DNA from: Isosphaeraceae bacterium
Lineage (GTDB): Bacteria > Planctomycetota > Planctomycetia > Isosphaerales > Isosphaeraceae
Assembly: GCA_965201075.1 (NCBI GenBank)
Contig: CBDAVP010000005.1
Location: forward strand, 124,001 to 188,000
DNA: 64,000 nt
Direction: 5' to 3'
Part shown: one piece after another, positions 53,246 to 62,166 of the stretch
Numbering within the stretch: position 1 is the stretch's first letter
Layout of the letters: each line of letters begins with the position of its first letter
Position numbers and translations under genes: made by a program
The notes under the pieces: model-generated
Seen by the model: only the letters and a program-made list of their open reading frames with translations
Database searches by the model: none
Told to the model about the DNA's origin: nothing

Positions 53246-54931
53246 CTAGCTCGTCCAACCCAGGGCCCGGCGGAGCCAACCCCCCGAGTCAACAGCGCCG
53301 ACCTCGGAAGCGTCAGCCTCGTCGTGGGCCGGTCGGCCCAGCGGAGCCGAGTGCTTGAGGGCCGCGACGGCGGGCGCCACCACCGGCAACGGGCGGGGAC
53401 GTTCGGTCGCTGACTCCGTGGAACCTAGTAGGCGTTCAATCCGCTCGGCCGTGGCCAGCGAAAGTCTCTGGAGGAAACGGAAGGCAATGTCGGCCGCCAC
53501 GGGCGAATCGTCTGCCTGGTGCAGGGCAATCGACAGGAGCAGATCCTGCCCGCAAGAGAGTCGGAACGAGGCCGTAGGACCCGACAATTGGCCGTTGGCA
53601 TCCGCCCCGTCCATCTCGCCGGCCGAGTGAACGAACACCGCGCGGCCGTTCCGGTGGCAGGACAGGCGAAGGGCGTCACAACCCAGAGTCGCGGTGGTGT
53701 CCAGCACAATTTGCCAGACCCGTTCCAGATCCTCGCAAAGCTCGATCCGCTGAATCGACTCCCAGGTGGCCTTGGCGGCGAATCGCTCTTGCTTGCCGCG
53801 AGTCATCCGCAGGCGGAGGTCCTGCCGGAGCAGGGCCAATTCGTCTCGTCGGCTGGTGAGGACCAAGAGAAACGCAAGGCAGCCGGAAAGCCCCAGGACC
53901 AGGGCGAGCATCTCGTTATTCAGGGCCACTCCCAGCAGGACCGCGCCGCAGAGGAACCCCGAGAAGCAGTAAAGCATCAACGCCGCCTGCCGGGGGTTGA
54001 GGCCCAGGCCGATCAGCAAGTGGTGGACGTGTCGGCGGTCGGCCGAGCTGAGCGGCAGGTTTCGCACCCAGCGGCGGAAGATCGCCATCGCCGTGTCGGA
54101 GATCGGCAGTCCCATCGCCAGGATCGGGAACAGGATCGAGACCGCCGAGGGGCCCTTCAAGGAGTCTTGCACGCCGATGACCCCGATCAACAGGCCAATC
54201 AGCAAGCTCCCGGTGTCACCCAGGAAGATGACCGCCGGGTGCCAGTTGTAGAGGAGGAACCCGGCGAGACTGCCGGCCAGGGATGCCGCCAGCAGGGCCG
54301 AGCCGATGTTGTTTTGCTGAATCGCCACCAGCATCAAGGTGCCGCTCACCAGCAGGCCGACGCCCGAGGCCAGGCCGTCCATTCCGTCGATCAGGTTCCA
54401 GATGTTCATGCATCCGAGAAACCAGACGATCGTCAACAGGGCGCCCGGGAGCCCTATCGTGACCGGGTGATTAGGGATCGGCAGCAACACGGCCGGATAG
54501 GACAGGTCGAGGGTGATCCCCAGGATGGCGAGCTTCTGGATCTGGATGCCGCCGAGAATCAACACCAGGACCGCGCCGGTCTGGCCCAGGAGCTTGGGAC
54601 GGGGATTGAGGCCACGAGTGTCGTCGAGGATACCGACAAGGATGATGATGGCCGCGGCGGCGATGACGGCCCACTGCCGGCCCCACCACTCGGCCGCGCC
54701 GGGCCAGTCTCGCAGGTAGCCGCCCAGAGCCACGGGGAGGATTCCCACGCCGAGGCCGAAGGCGACGCCCAGGCCCCCCATGCGAGGGGTGGCCCCCTTA
54801 TGGATCCGGCGGAACTGATCGGGCCGGTCGATCGCGCCAAACCAGGCGGCGAGCCGCGTCACTAGCGGCGTCGAGAGGACGCAGCCCATGAACGCGATGG
54901 CGAAGACCAGGAGGAACGCATTGGAGAACAT
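53246..54931 (-). CDS. MraY/WecA-family polyprenyl-phosphate GlcNAc-1-phosphate transferase with C-terminal extension
   Basis: TPRMGG, GILDD, NLIDGMDGLA, NWHPAVIFLGDTGS, ADRRHVHH. Confidence 0.92.
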   Translation of the reverse strand: MFSNAFLLVFAIAFMGCVLSTPLVTRLAAWFGAIDRPDQFRRIHKGATPRMGGLGVAFGLGVGILPVALGGYLRDWPGAAEWWGRQWAVIAAAAIIILVGILDDTRGLNPRPKLLGQTGAVLVLILGGIQIQKLAILGITLDLSYPAVLLPIPNHPVTIGLPGALLTIVWFLGCMNIWNLIDGMDGLASGVGLLVSGTLMLVAIQQNNIGSALLAASLAGSLAGFLLYNWHPAVIFLGDTGSLLIGLLIGVIGVQDSLKGPSAVSILFPILAMGLPISDTAMAIFRRWVRNLPLSSADRRHVHHLLIGLGLNPRQAALMLYCFSGFLCGAVLLGVALNNEMLALVLGLSGCLAFLLVLTSRRDELALLRQDLRLRMTRGKQERFAAKATWESIQRIELCEDLERVWQIVLDTTATLGCDALRLSCHRNGRAVFVHSAGEMDGADANGQLSGPTASFRLSCGQDLLLSIALHQADDSPVAADIAFRFLQRLSLATAERIERLLGSTESATERPRPLPVVAPAVAALKHSAPLGRPAHDEADASEVGAVDSGGWLRRALGWTS

Positions 54932-55397
54932 CGTTGAGCAGCCTCATCGACCGTGCGTTCGTGGTCCGACTACAGGTGTCATTCCGGTCCGACGGACATT
55001 CACTAGCGACCGAGCGACTCGTGGGAATACTAGTCCCTGGTGAGCCCAATGTGACGCGTAACCCGATTCTCGGGCCATTTGCCTGGAACTCGGGACCGTC
55101 GGTTTGCTGGATGATCCGCGTCAGTGGGGTGAATTACGGACCCTGGCGGGGATTGTCTCCGGGACTTCCCGGGTCGGGGCTAGTATGGTCCGGTATCGCG
55201 AGACGGTCAAGGCGGGTTTTGACCCTCATCGCGTTCTCTTCGGGTCCATGTTGTTTTTTCGCAAAACCTTAGTGATCTTAATGGTTGCGGCGAATGCAAC
55301 GATCCATCCCTGGTCGCTGAGTCGACCGTCAGAACTGATCAGCAGTTGCGTGCCTCGCGCTCGCCGAATTGGCGATCCGCCATCTTAGGTATGCCCA

Positions 55398-57359
55398 ATG
55401 ACTTCATCTGAAGGCAATCCACGCGCCATGGTGCCAATTCGCGACATGGTCCTTGGGACGGCGGGGCACATCGACCACGGAAAAACGGCCCTGGTGCGGG
55501 CGCTAACGGGTGTCGAGACCGATCGCCTGCCGGCGGAGAAGCGTCGGGGGATCACCATTGATCTAGGCTTTGCCGCCCTGGATTTGGGCACGACTCACCT
55601 GGCGCTGGTGGACGTGCCGGGTCATGAGCGGTTCATCCGCAACATGCTTGCGGGCGCCACGGGTCTGGACCTGGCGTTGCTGGTGGTGGCGGCCGACGAC
55701 TCGGTGATGCCTCAGACTCGGGAGCACCTGGAGATTCTTCGGCTCCTTGGGATGTCCGGGGGGGTGGTGGCGTTGAGCAAGGCGGATCTGGTCGACCCGT
55801 CGTGGCTGGCGATGGTCGAGGAGGACGTCCGGGGGCTGGTGGCCGGAACCTTTCTGGAGGGGGCGCCGGTGGTGCGGACCTCGGCGGCGACGGGCCAGGG
55901 CCTGGAGGAGTTGAGGGCCGCGCTTGCGGCCGTCGCGGGTGAGGTTCCCGTGCGGGAAGACCCGGGCGCTTTCCGTCTGGCGATCGACCGGGCGTTCTCC
56001 GTCGCTGGGGTGGGCACGGTCGTGACGGGTACGGTCGCCTCGGGGGTCGCGACGGTGGGGGACGAGTTGGAATGGCTCCCCGGGGGGCGACTGGTGCGGG
56101 TCCGCGGGATTCAGCAGCACGACCGGCCGGTGGAACGGGTGGGACGGGGGGCTCGGGCGGCCTTGAACCTGGCCGGCGTTCCTCATGCCGAGGTCCGCCG
56201 GGGCCAGGAACTGGGGGCTCCTGGATATCTGGAACCGACCAGGGTCCTTACCGTCGAGGTGGCCGGCTCCGCCGACGCCGCCCGGCCGCTGCGTCACCGT
56301 GCCCGCTATCGACTGCACCTGGGGACGGCCGAGGTCGCGGCGACGTTGACCTGGCTGGGTTCGGTCGGCGGCGACCCCTCGGTTTCCGTCCTGGCACAAT
56401 TGCTGACGGCCGAGCCGGTGGTGGCCGTTCATGGCCAGCCGTTCATCCTTCGCGCCGAGAGTCCCCCGGCGACGCTGGGCGGAGGCCGGATTCTGCAACC
56501 CTCGGCCCGCCGCCTCCGTCGCCGGGACCGCGAGGCGATCTCGCGGGTTGAGCTCTTGCGATCGACGGATGCCGAGACGCGAGTCTCGGCGGCGCTGGGG
56601 GATCGGGGGCTTTTGCCCTGGTCCTCGCAGGCGTTGTGTCGCCTGGCCGGGGTTGCGCTGAGCGATGCCGAGGCCTTGGTGGGCCGACTGGCGGAATCGG
56701 GTGAGTTGGTGGCCTTGCCGCTGGGCCCTCGTCGGTCGACCCGCGTCACGGCCGAGTTCGCCGAGCAACTGGAGGGGCGGGTGGAACGGGCGCTGGGGCG
56801 CCTCCACGAAGCCAGGCCTCGCCAGACGACCATTCCCCGCAGTCATGTGATGGCCACCCTGCCCGACCTTGCCTCGGAGGCGTTGGTTCACGGGCTGATC
56901 GAACGCCTCCACGCCGACGGACGGGTGGTGGCCGATGCCCGTTCAGTCGCCCTGCGCGGGCATCAGGCGAAACTGAGCCACACCGAGCGGAAGCTCAAGG
57001 CCGATCTCGCCAACCGCTTACACGCCGGCGGCCTGGCCCCGCCGGACCTCGCTGACCTCTCCGCTGGAGCTGGCCCTCGTGCGGCGGTTGTTCCCGAGCT
57101 GCTGGAATTGCTGGTGGGTGAGGAGCGGATCATCGCGGTCGGGGTGGGGCTTTACCTCGACGCCGAGGTTGAGGCCGACATGCGGCGGCGGGTGGAGGTT
57201 CGCCTGGCCGATGGGTCGGCGATTACCGTGGCCGACCTGCGCGACCTGCTGGGTATTACCCGCAAATTCGCCGTTCCTCTGGCCGAGTATCTCGACCGGA
57301 TCGGCCTGACACTCCGAGAGGGGGACCGGCGGCGGCTCGCCCGCGCTCGGAGTTCATGA
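55398..57359 (+). CDS. selB: Selenocysteine-specific elongation factor
   Basis: [40 protein letters not shown]-terminal winged helix [13 protein letters not shown]...REGDRR (SECIS-binding). Confidence 0.95.
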   Translation: MTSSEGNPRAMVPIRDMVLGTAGHIDHGKTALVRALTGVETDRLPAEKRRGITIDLGFAALDLGTTHLALVDVPGHERFIRNMLAGATGLDLALLVVAADDSVMPQTREHLEILRLLGMSGGVVALSKADLVDPSWLAMVEEDVRGLVAGTFLEGAPVVRTSAATGQGLEELRAALAAVAGEVPVREDPGAFRLAIDRAFSVAGVGTVVTGTVASGVATVGDELEWLPGGRLVRVRGIQQHDRPVERVGRGARAALNLAGVPHAEVRRGQELGAPGYLEPTRVLTVEVAGSADAARPLRHRARYRLHLGTAEVAATLTWLGSVGGDPSVSVLAQLLTAEPVVAVHGQPFILRAESPPATLGGGRILQPSARRLRRRDREAISRVELLRSTDAETRVSAALGDRGLLPWSSQALCRLAGVALSDAEALVGRLAESGELVALPLGPRRSTRVTAEFAEQLEGRVERALGRLHEARPRQTTIPRSHVMATLPDLASEALVHGLIERLHADGRVVADARSVALRGHQAKLSHTERKLKADLANRLHAGGLAPPDLADLSAGAGPRAAVVPELLELLVGEERIIAVGVGLYLDAEVEADMRRRVEVRLADGSAITVADLRDLLGITRKFAVPLAEYLDRIGLTLREGDRRRLARARSS

Positions 57360-57394
57360 GGCAGTTCAGGACAGGACGCGACCGGCCTGTTGCC

Positions 57395-58339
57395 TCAGGA
57401 GATGACCGAATCGGTCTCGTTGGAACTGTCTCCCAGGACGTTCGACGTGCGGGAGATGGAATCCTTGCCCCGCTCGCCGACGGCCACCGCGTTGATCGTG
57501 GCCGAGGCGCCGGCCTCGGCGCGGATGGCGAACTGGACCGTGTCGTTGCCGGTTCCTCCCTTGACCACCGCGGGGGTGCCCGACGAGGTTCCCACGGCGC
57601 CCGTCGAGCCGGAGGCCAGGTCGATCACGGCGGCGATCGTGTCGTTGCCGGCCCCGCCGTCGATCGACAGGTTGTAAATGTAGCTGCCGTCAAGCTGTCC
57701 GGAGTAGTTGGAAGTGATCCGGTCGTTGCCGGAGCCACCAATCAGGGCGGGCAGGAGGGTCGCCGAGGCGGCGACCGCGCCGGTTCCGTTGTAGGTAAGG
57801 GTGTCGCTGCCGGAGCCACCGTCCAGGTAGGGAATAAAGGTTCCCTGGCGGGTCGCGCCCGATTGATTCACGGTCAGACCGTCGTTCCCGGCGTCGCCGA
57901 ACGCCTGGATCGCCAGGCCGGCGTCGTTATCCACGGCTCCGTTCACATTGGCCGTGAACTGGTCGTTGCCGGCCCCGAGGTCGACGCTCAACGTCCGAGA
58001 GGCCGTCAAGGCGCCGTTGAGGTTGTAGGTGACCTGGTCATTCCCCCCGCGGCCTTGCACGACGACCGCGGCGATCACATGAGTCGACGTGTAGGTCGAG
58101 CCGTTGCCGAAGGTCACCGTGACGTTCCCAACGGCATCGGCGCCCGAGTCGTTGATGGTCATGACGTCGGCGCGATTGGTGCCGTTGATGAGCAACTCGG
58201 TCACGCCGTTGGCCGTGACTTCGCGAGCGGTCGGGGTCAAGGCCCGGGCCGCCAGCAGTCGTCGGCCTTCCAAGGACTCCAGGACCGGGGCCGCCGCGAT
58301 CGGGCGTCGTCGCGAGTTCCCCATCTTGCTCTCGTCCAT
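57395..58339 (-). CDS. Planctomycete extracellular protein with RTX-like Ca-binding repeats
   Basis: LESLEGRRLLA motif; about 8 GxxGND/GSD repeats; RBS AGGAG before ATG 58339. Confidence 0.8.
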   Translation of the reverse strand: MDESKMGNSRRRPIAAAPVLESLEGRRLLAARALTPTAREVTANGVTELLINGTNRADVMTINDSGADAVGNVTVTFGNGSTYTSTHVIAAVVVQGRGGNDQVTYNLNGALTASRTLSVDLGAGNDQFTANVNGAVDNDAGLAIQAFGDAGNDGLTVNQSGATRQGTFIPYLDGGSGSDTLTYNGTGAVAASATLLPALIGGSGNDRITSNYSGQLDGSYIYNLSIDGGAGNDTIAAVIDLASGSTGAVGTSSGTPAVVKGGTGNDTVQFAIRAEAGASATINAVAVGERGKDSISRTSNVLGDSSNETDSVIS

Positions 58340-58486
58340 GAGAGTCTCCTTGTTCAACCTCGGCGGCGGCAAATCGTCTCGCGAGGCCGCGAGACTTCCC
58401 GGGCGGGGGTAAGTATCATAACGAGGGATGTCCCGCAACCCGACTCTCTGGAACCAACGTGAGAGGCGGAACTTGAGGAAAACTTC

Positions 58487-58510
58487 CTTCGACGAACGAT
58501 TTCGTCGAAG
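58487..58510. promoter_or_regulatory. Perfect 10-bp inverted repeat in the divergent intergenic region upstream of selA
   Basis: CTTCGACGAA-CGAT-TTCGTCGAAG. Confidence 0.4.
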
Positions 58511-58578
58511 CCTCGGTCGCGAGAGGGCGGACCTTCCGCGTTGAATACTCCCAAGGGCTGGGAAACCTGACACTGACG

Positions 58579-60051
58579 ATGGCGAAATCGCTCGACCCCC
58601 GACGCCTGCCGCCGGTCCATGCCGTGCTTGCCCACCTGGAAGAGCGAGGCTCGCCCTCCGATTCGGTTGGACGAGCGGTTCGGCTCTCACTGGAGGAGGC
58701 GCGGCGGGCGATTTTGGTGGGCGAGTCGACTCCGATCGACGTGGAATCGCTGGCGAATCGAGCCCTGGCGATCGTCCGCGACAGCGGCCGGCCCCACCTG
58801 CGGCCGGTGCTGAACGCCACGGGCATCCTGTTGCACACGGGGCTGGGACGCGCCCCGCTGGCGGCCGAGGCGGTCGAGGCGATCAGCCGGGTGGTCAGGG
58901 GGTATTGCAACCTGGAAATCGACCTGGAGAGCGGCGAGCGTGGCCACCGCGGCGACGGCGTGGCCGAACTGCTGCGACGGTTGACGGGGGCCGAGGCCGC
59001 GGCGGTCGTCAACAACAACGCCGCCGCGACGGTGCTGGCCCTGAGAGCGCTGGCCCACGGCCGAGACGTGGTGGTCTCTCGGGGGCAACTTGTCGAGATC
59101 GGCGGGAGCTTCCGCCTTCCCGAGATTTTCGAGGCCTCGGGGGCCCGGCTCCGCGAGGTGGGAACCACCAACAAGACCCGACTGACCGATTATGAGGCTG
59201 CACTCGGCCCCGAGACCGCCGCTTTGCTGAGGGTTCACGCCAGCAACTACCGGATTGTCGGGTTCACCGCCGACGTGCCGATTGGGGAATTGGCGAGACT
59301 GGCCAGATCGCGCGGAATCTGGGCGATCGATGACATTGGTTCGGGCGCTCTCTCGTCCGACCGGCCCCCCAACCTTCGCGGCGAGCCCAGCGTGTCCAAA
59401 TCCCTCAAAGCTGGCGCCCACCTGGTGCTGTGCTCGGGAGACAAACTGCTGGGCGGTCCTCAGTGCGGTTTGCTGATCGGCTCTCGGGAGGCGGTCGCGC
59501 GTTGCTCGTCCGACCCGTTGATGCGAGCCTTTCGCGTCGACAAACTGACGCTTGCGGCGATGGAGGCGACCCTGCGGCTGGCCCTCGACGCGCCGAATCG
59601 CATTCCGCTCTGGTCGTTCCTGGCGACCCCGGTCGAAGAATTGCGCCGACGCGCCGAAGTTCTGGCCGAATCCGTTCGCGATCGGTTCTCCTTGAACGCG
59701 AGCGCCGTCGCCTCGGTCGCCCACGTCGGCGGGGGCAGCGTGCCGGTCGACCCAATCCCGTCGGCGGCCTTGCGGATCGATCCCCCCTTCCCCGCCCCGC
59801 TCGCCTCGGAGGAAGCCTTCGCGACCGCCCTGCGTCTGGGCAACCCCGCCGTCCTGACTCGGCTGCACGCGGGGGGCCTCTTGCTGGACCTCCGAGCTCT
59901 GTCGTTGGAGGATGAAACGTCCCTGGTCTCGGCCTTCGCCAGCCTGGTTTCCGGAGGCCCTGGGCGCGGGCTGGCGCCGGGGATCAACCTTGAGATTGGA
60001 CCGAGTCATGGACGTCCCGACTCCCGAACGCCAACGACGCCGCGCTCGTGA
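58579..60051 (+). CDS. selA: L-seryl-tRNA(Sec) selenium transferase
   Basis: VLNATG.LLHT.LGRAPL, VVNNNAAA, SRGQLVEIGGSFR, EVGTTNKT, SGDKLLGGPQ (PLP Lys), RVDK. Confidence 0.96.
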   Translation: MAKSLDPRRLPPVHAVLAHLEERGSPSDSVGRAVRLSLEEARRAILVGESTPIDVESLANRALAIVRDSGRPHLRPVLNATGILLHTGLGRAPLAAEAVEAISRVVRGYCNLEIDLESGERGHRGDGVAELLRRLTGAEAAAVVNNNAAATVLALRALAHGRDVVVSRGQLVEIGGSFRLPEIFEASGARLREVGTTNKTRLTDYEAALGPETAALLRVHASNYRIVGFTADVPIGELARLARSRGIWAIDDIGSGALSSDRPPNLRGEPSVSKSLKAGAHLVLCSGDKLLGGPQCGLLIGSREAVARCSSDPLMRAFRVDKLTLAAMEATLRLALDAPNRIPLWSFLATPVEELRRRAEVLAESVRDRFSLNASAVASVAHVGGGSVPVDPIPSAALRIDPPFPAPLASEEAFATALRLGNPAVLTRLHAGGLLLDLRALSLEDETSLVSAFASLVSGGPGRGLAPGINLEIGPSHGRPDSRTPTTPRS

Positions 60052-60367
60052 CTTCGGCGGCGATGGTTCGCGTCGCCCCCGACGGCGGTTTGTGTGGTCG
60101 GGAGTGCGGCCAGGGCGGCACTCGGCCCGGGGCTTGATGATCGCAGTGGTGTTCGCGGCGGTCGCCTTCGCGGTCCCTGCGCCCGGGAACATCGTGGCGA
60201 CCTTGATGTACCTTTTTGGGCTGATCGGCTTCGGTCTGCCCCGACCCTGGAATTTGGCGATCGCCAGCACGCTCACCGTGGTCTTGCTGGCCTGGATGGC
60301 CCTGGCGGCCTCATTGGGCGGGGCGTTCCTCGACGCGATCCGGACGGTGCTGAGGTGGTTCCTTTGA
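60008..60367 (+). CDS. Small hypothetical membrane protein
   Basis: Arg-rich N-terminus followed by three hydrophobic segments; overlaps the selA 3' end. Confidence 0.55.
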   Translation: MDVPTPERQRRRARDFGGDGSRRPRRRFVWSGVRPGRHSARGLMIAVVFAAVAFAVPAPGNIVATLMYLFGLIGFGLPRPWNLAIASTLTVVLLAWMALAASLGGAFLDAIRTVLRWFL

Positions 60368-60471
60368 GCATGGCTGGGGGGGGGCCGCTTGTGGGCCGAG
60401 TCCCGAGGCGATTACCTTGCGTCAGGGCGACTTCGCGCCCGGTCCGCCCGTTCCCGTGAGGTCCGACCCTC

Positions 60472-61425
60472 ATGCGCCTTTGCCGCTTTCTGTTTGAAGA
60501 ACTGGCCCTGGTCGGCTTTTACGAGGACGACCACGTCATCCCCCTGGCCCACGCCGCCGAGGAGTACGCCGAAGCGGTTGGCGACGACCTGGACTTCGGC
60601 GACGCCGAGGACTTGCTCGACCTCCTGCCCGGCGGCGACTTCTCCAATGCCGCCCGCACCCTGGGCCTTTGGCTGCCAGGACTCGACGCCGAGGTCCGCG
60701 ATTCGTTGGCCATCCCCATCGGCGATGTCGACCTGCTGCCTCCGCTGCCCCGGCCGGGTAAAATCCTCCTGCTGGCGGGCAACTACGCGGCGCACGTCGC
60801 TGAGCGGGGAGGGACCACCGCCGAGCGGACCGAGACGTTCCCCTACGTCTTTCTCAAGCCGACCGACACCCTGATCGGTCCCGGCGACCCGATCCGCATC
60901 CCCACGGTTTCCCCCGATCACGTAGACTGGGAATGCGAGCTGGGAGTCGTCATCGGCCGTCGAGGCAAAAACATCCCAGAGGCCGAGGCGCTGAGCCATG
61001 TCGGGGCGTACACGGTGGTCAACGACATCAGCGACCGGAAATTTCTGCCGAATCCCGACCGCAAGCCCCGTGAGCGCGACAAATTCTTCGACTGGATGCA
61101 CGGCAAGTGGCACGACACGTTCCTGCCGGTTGGCCCTTGCCTGTGCTCGTCGGAGGCAATCCCCAACCCCCAGTCGTTGCGCTTGAAGTTGGCAGTGAAC
61201 GGCAAGGTCAAGCAGGATGCCGATACCGGCCAGATGATTTTCCCGGTCGCCGCGATCGTCGCGTTTCTCTCGTCGTGGATGACGCTGGAGGTGGGCGACC
61301 TGATCGCCACCGGCACCCCGGCGGGGGTCGGCTCGGCGACGGGGGAATACCTCAAGGCCGGCGATGTCGTCGAGGCCACGGTGGAGCGTGTCGGCACACT
61401 GCGAAATCCGGTCGAGGCTTCATGA
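60472..61425 (+). CDS. Fumarylacetoacetate hydrolase family protein
   Basis: GKI..LAGNYAAH, FLKP, DWECELGVVIG, NDISDR, TLEVGDLIATGTPAGVG. Confidence 0.93.
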   Translation: MRLCRFLFEELALVGFYEDDHVIPLAHAAEEYAEAVGDDLDFGDAEDLLDLLPGGDFSNAARTLGLWLPGLDAEVRDSLAIPIGDVDLLPPLPRPGKILLLAGNYAAHVAERGGTTAERTETFPYVFLKPTDTLIGPGDPIRIPTVSPDHVDWECELGVVIGRRGKNIPEAEALSHVGAYTVVNDISDRKFLPNPDRKPRERDKFFDWMHGKWHDTFLPVGPCLCSSEAIPNPQSLRLKLAVNGKVKQDADTGQMIFPVAAIVAFLSSWMTLEVGDLIATGTPAGVGSATGEYLKAGDVVEATVERVGTLRNPVEAS

Positions 61426-61528
61426 GCGGGCGGTTTTATTCCCAATGGTCCGTTCCCTTTGCGGAACGCGCGGCTATACTGGGTCGGCTTCGGACCCGGA
61501 GACCTCGCCTCGACCCGGGAGAGATCGT

Positions 61529-62098
61529 ATGAGCACGGTTGCCGACGTCCTGAATCCTACCGAGCTCGGGGAGGTGGACCACGATCTTGAAGCTCGATTT
61601 GAGTTCGTCAATGGCCGAATCGTGGACAGGCCGGAGATGGGAGCTACCGCGGACCGAATCGCCACGAAATTGATCTACCGATTGGAGAATTTCGTAGAAA
61701 CTCAAGGCCTTGGGCAGGTCTTCGGAGGGAGTTGCGGCTATCGTTGCTTCTCCACGGAACGGCTTCGGGTACGCTTCCCCGATGTCTCCTTTCTGGCCAA
61801 GGGACGCCTGCCCAACGAAGTCATTCCTGACGGTCATATTGAGATCCCTCCCGACCTGGCGGTGGAGGTCATTTCGCCCAATGACAACGCCAACAACGTC
61901 GAGGAACGCCTTGTCGACTTGCTGGAGGCTGGGACGCGTCTCATGTGGTTGCTTTACCCCTCCACCCGCCATGTCATGATCTTCCGGCAAGGACCGAACT
62001 GTTCTCGCCTTGGTCCTTCCGACTCACTCGACGGTGAGGACGTGCTCCCCGGCTTTTCCTGCAAAATCGCCGACCTGTTCCCCAACAAGACCGCCTGA
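61529..62098 (+). CDS. Uma2/DUF820-family endonuclease-like protein
   Basis: FEFVNG, RFPDVSF, PPDLAVEVISP, LDGEDVLPGF. Confidence 0.9.
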   Translation: MSTVADVLNPTELGEVDHDLEARFEFVNGRIVDRPEMGATADRIATKLIYRLENFVETQGLGQVFGGSCGYRCFSTERLRVRFPDVSFLAKGRLPNEVIPDGHIEIPPDLAVEVISPNDNANNVEERLVDLLEAGTRLMWLLYPSTRHVMIFRQGPNCSRLGPSDSLDGEDVLPGFSCKIADLFPNKTA

Positions 62099-62166
62099 AT
62101 TCTCCCTCCGAACCCAACACCTTCACCGGGGCTCTCTCCACCCCTTGGCCTGGGAAATCACCGCCG

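Noticed and set aside
54932..55397. Possible tRNA-Sec or ops/JUMPstart element in the wecA-selB intergenic region
   Set aside because: No cloverleaf, T-loop or UCA anticodon arm, and no GGCGGTAG seen
61529..62098. Uma2 nuclease as a defence system
   Set aside because: A solitary member of a family widely expanded in planctomycetes, with no partner genes
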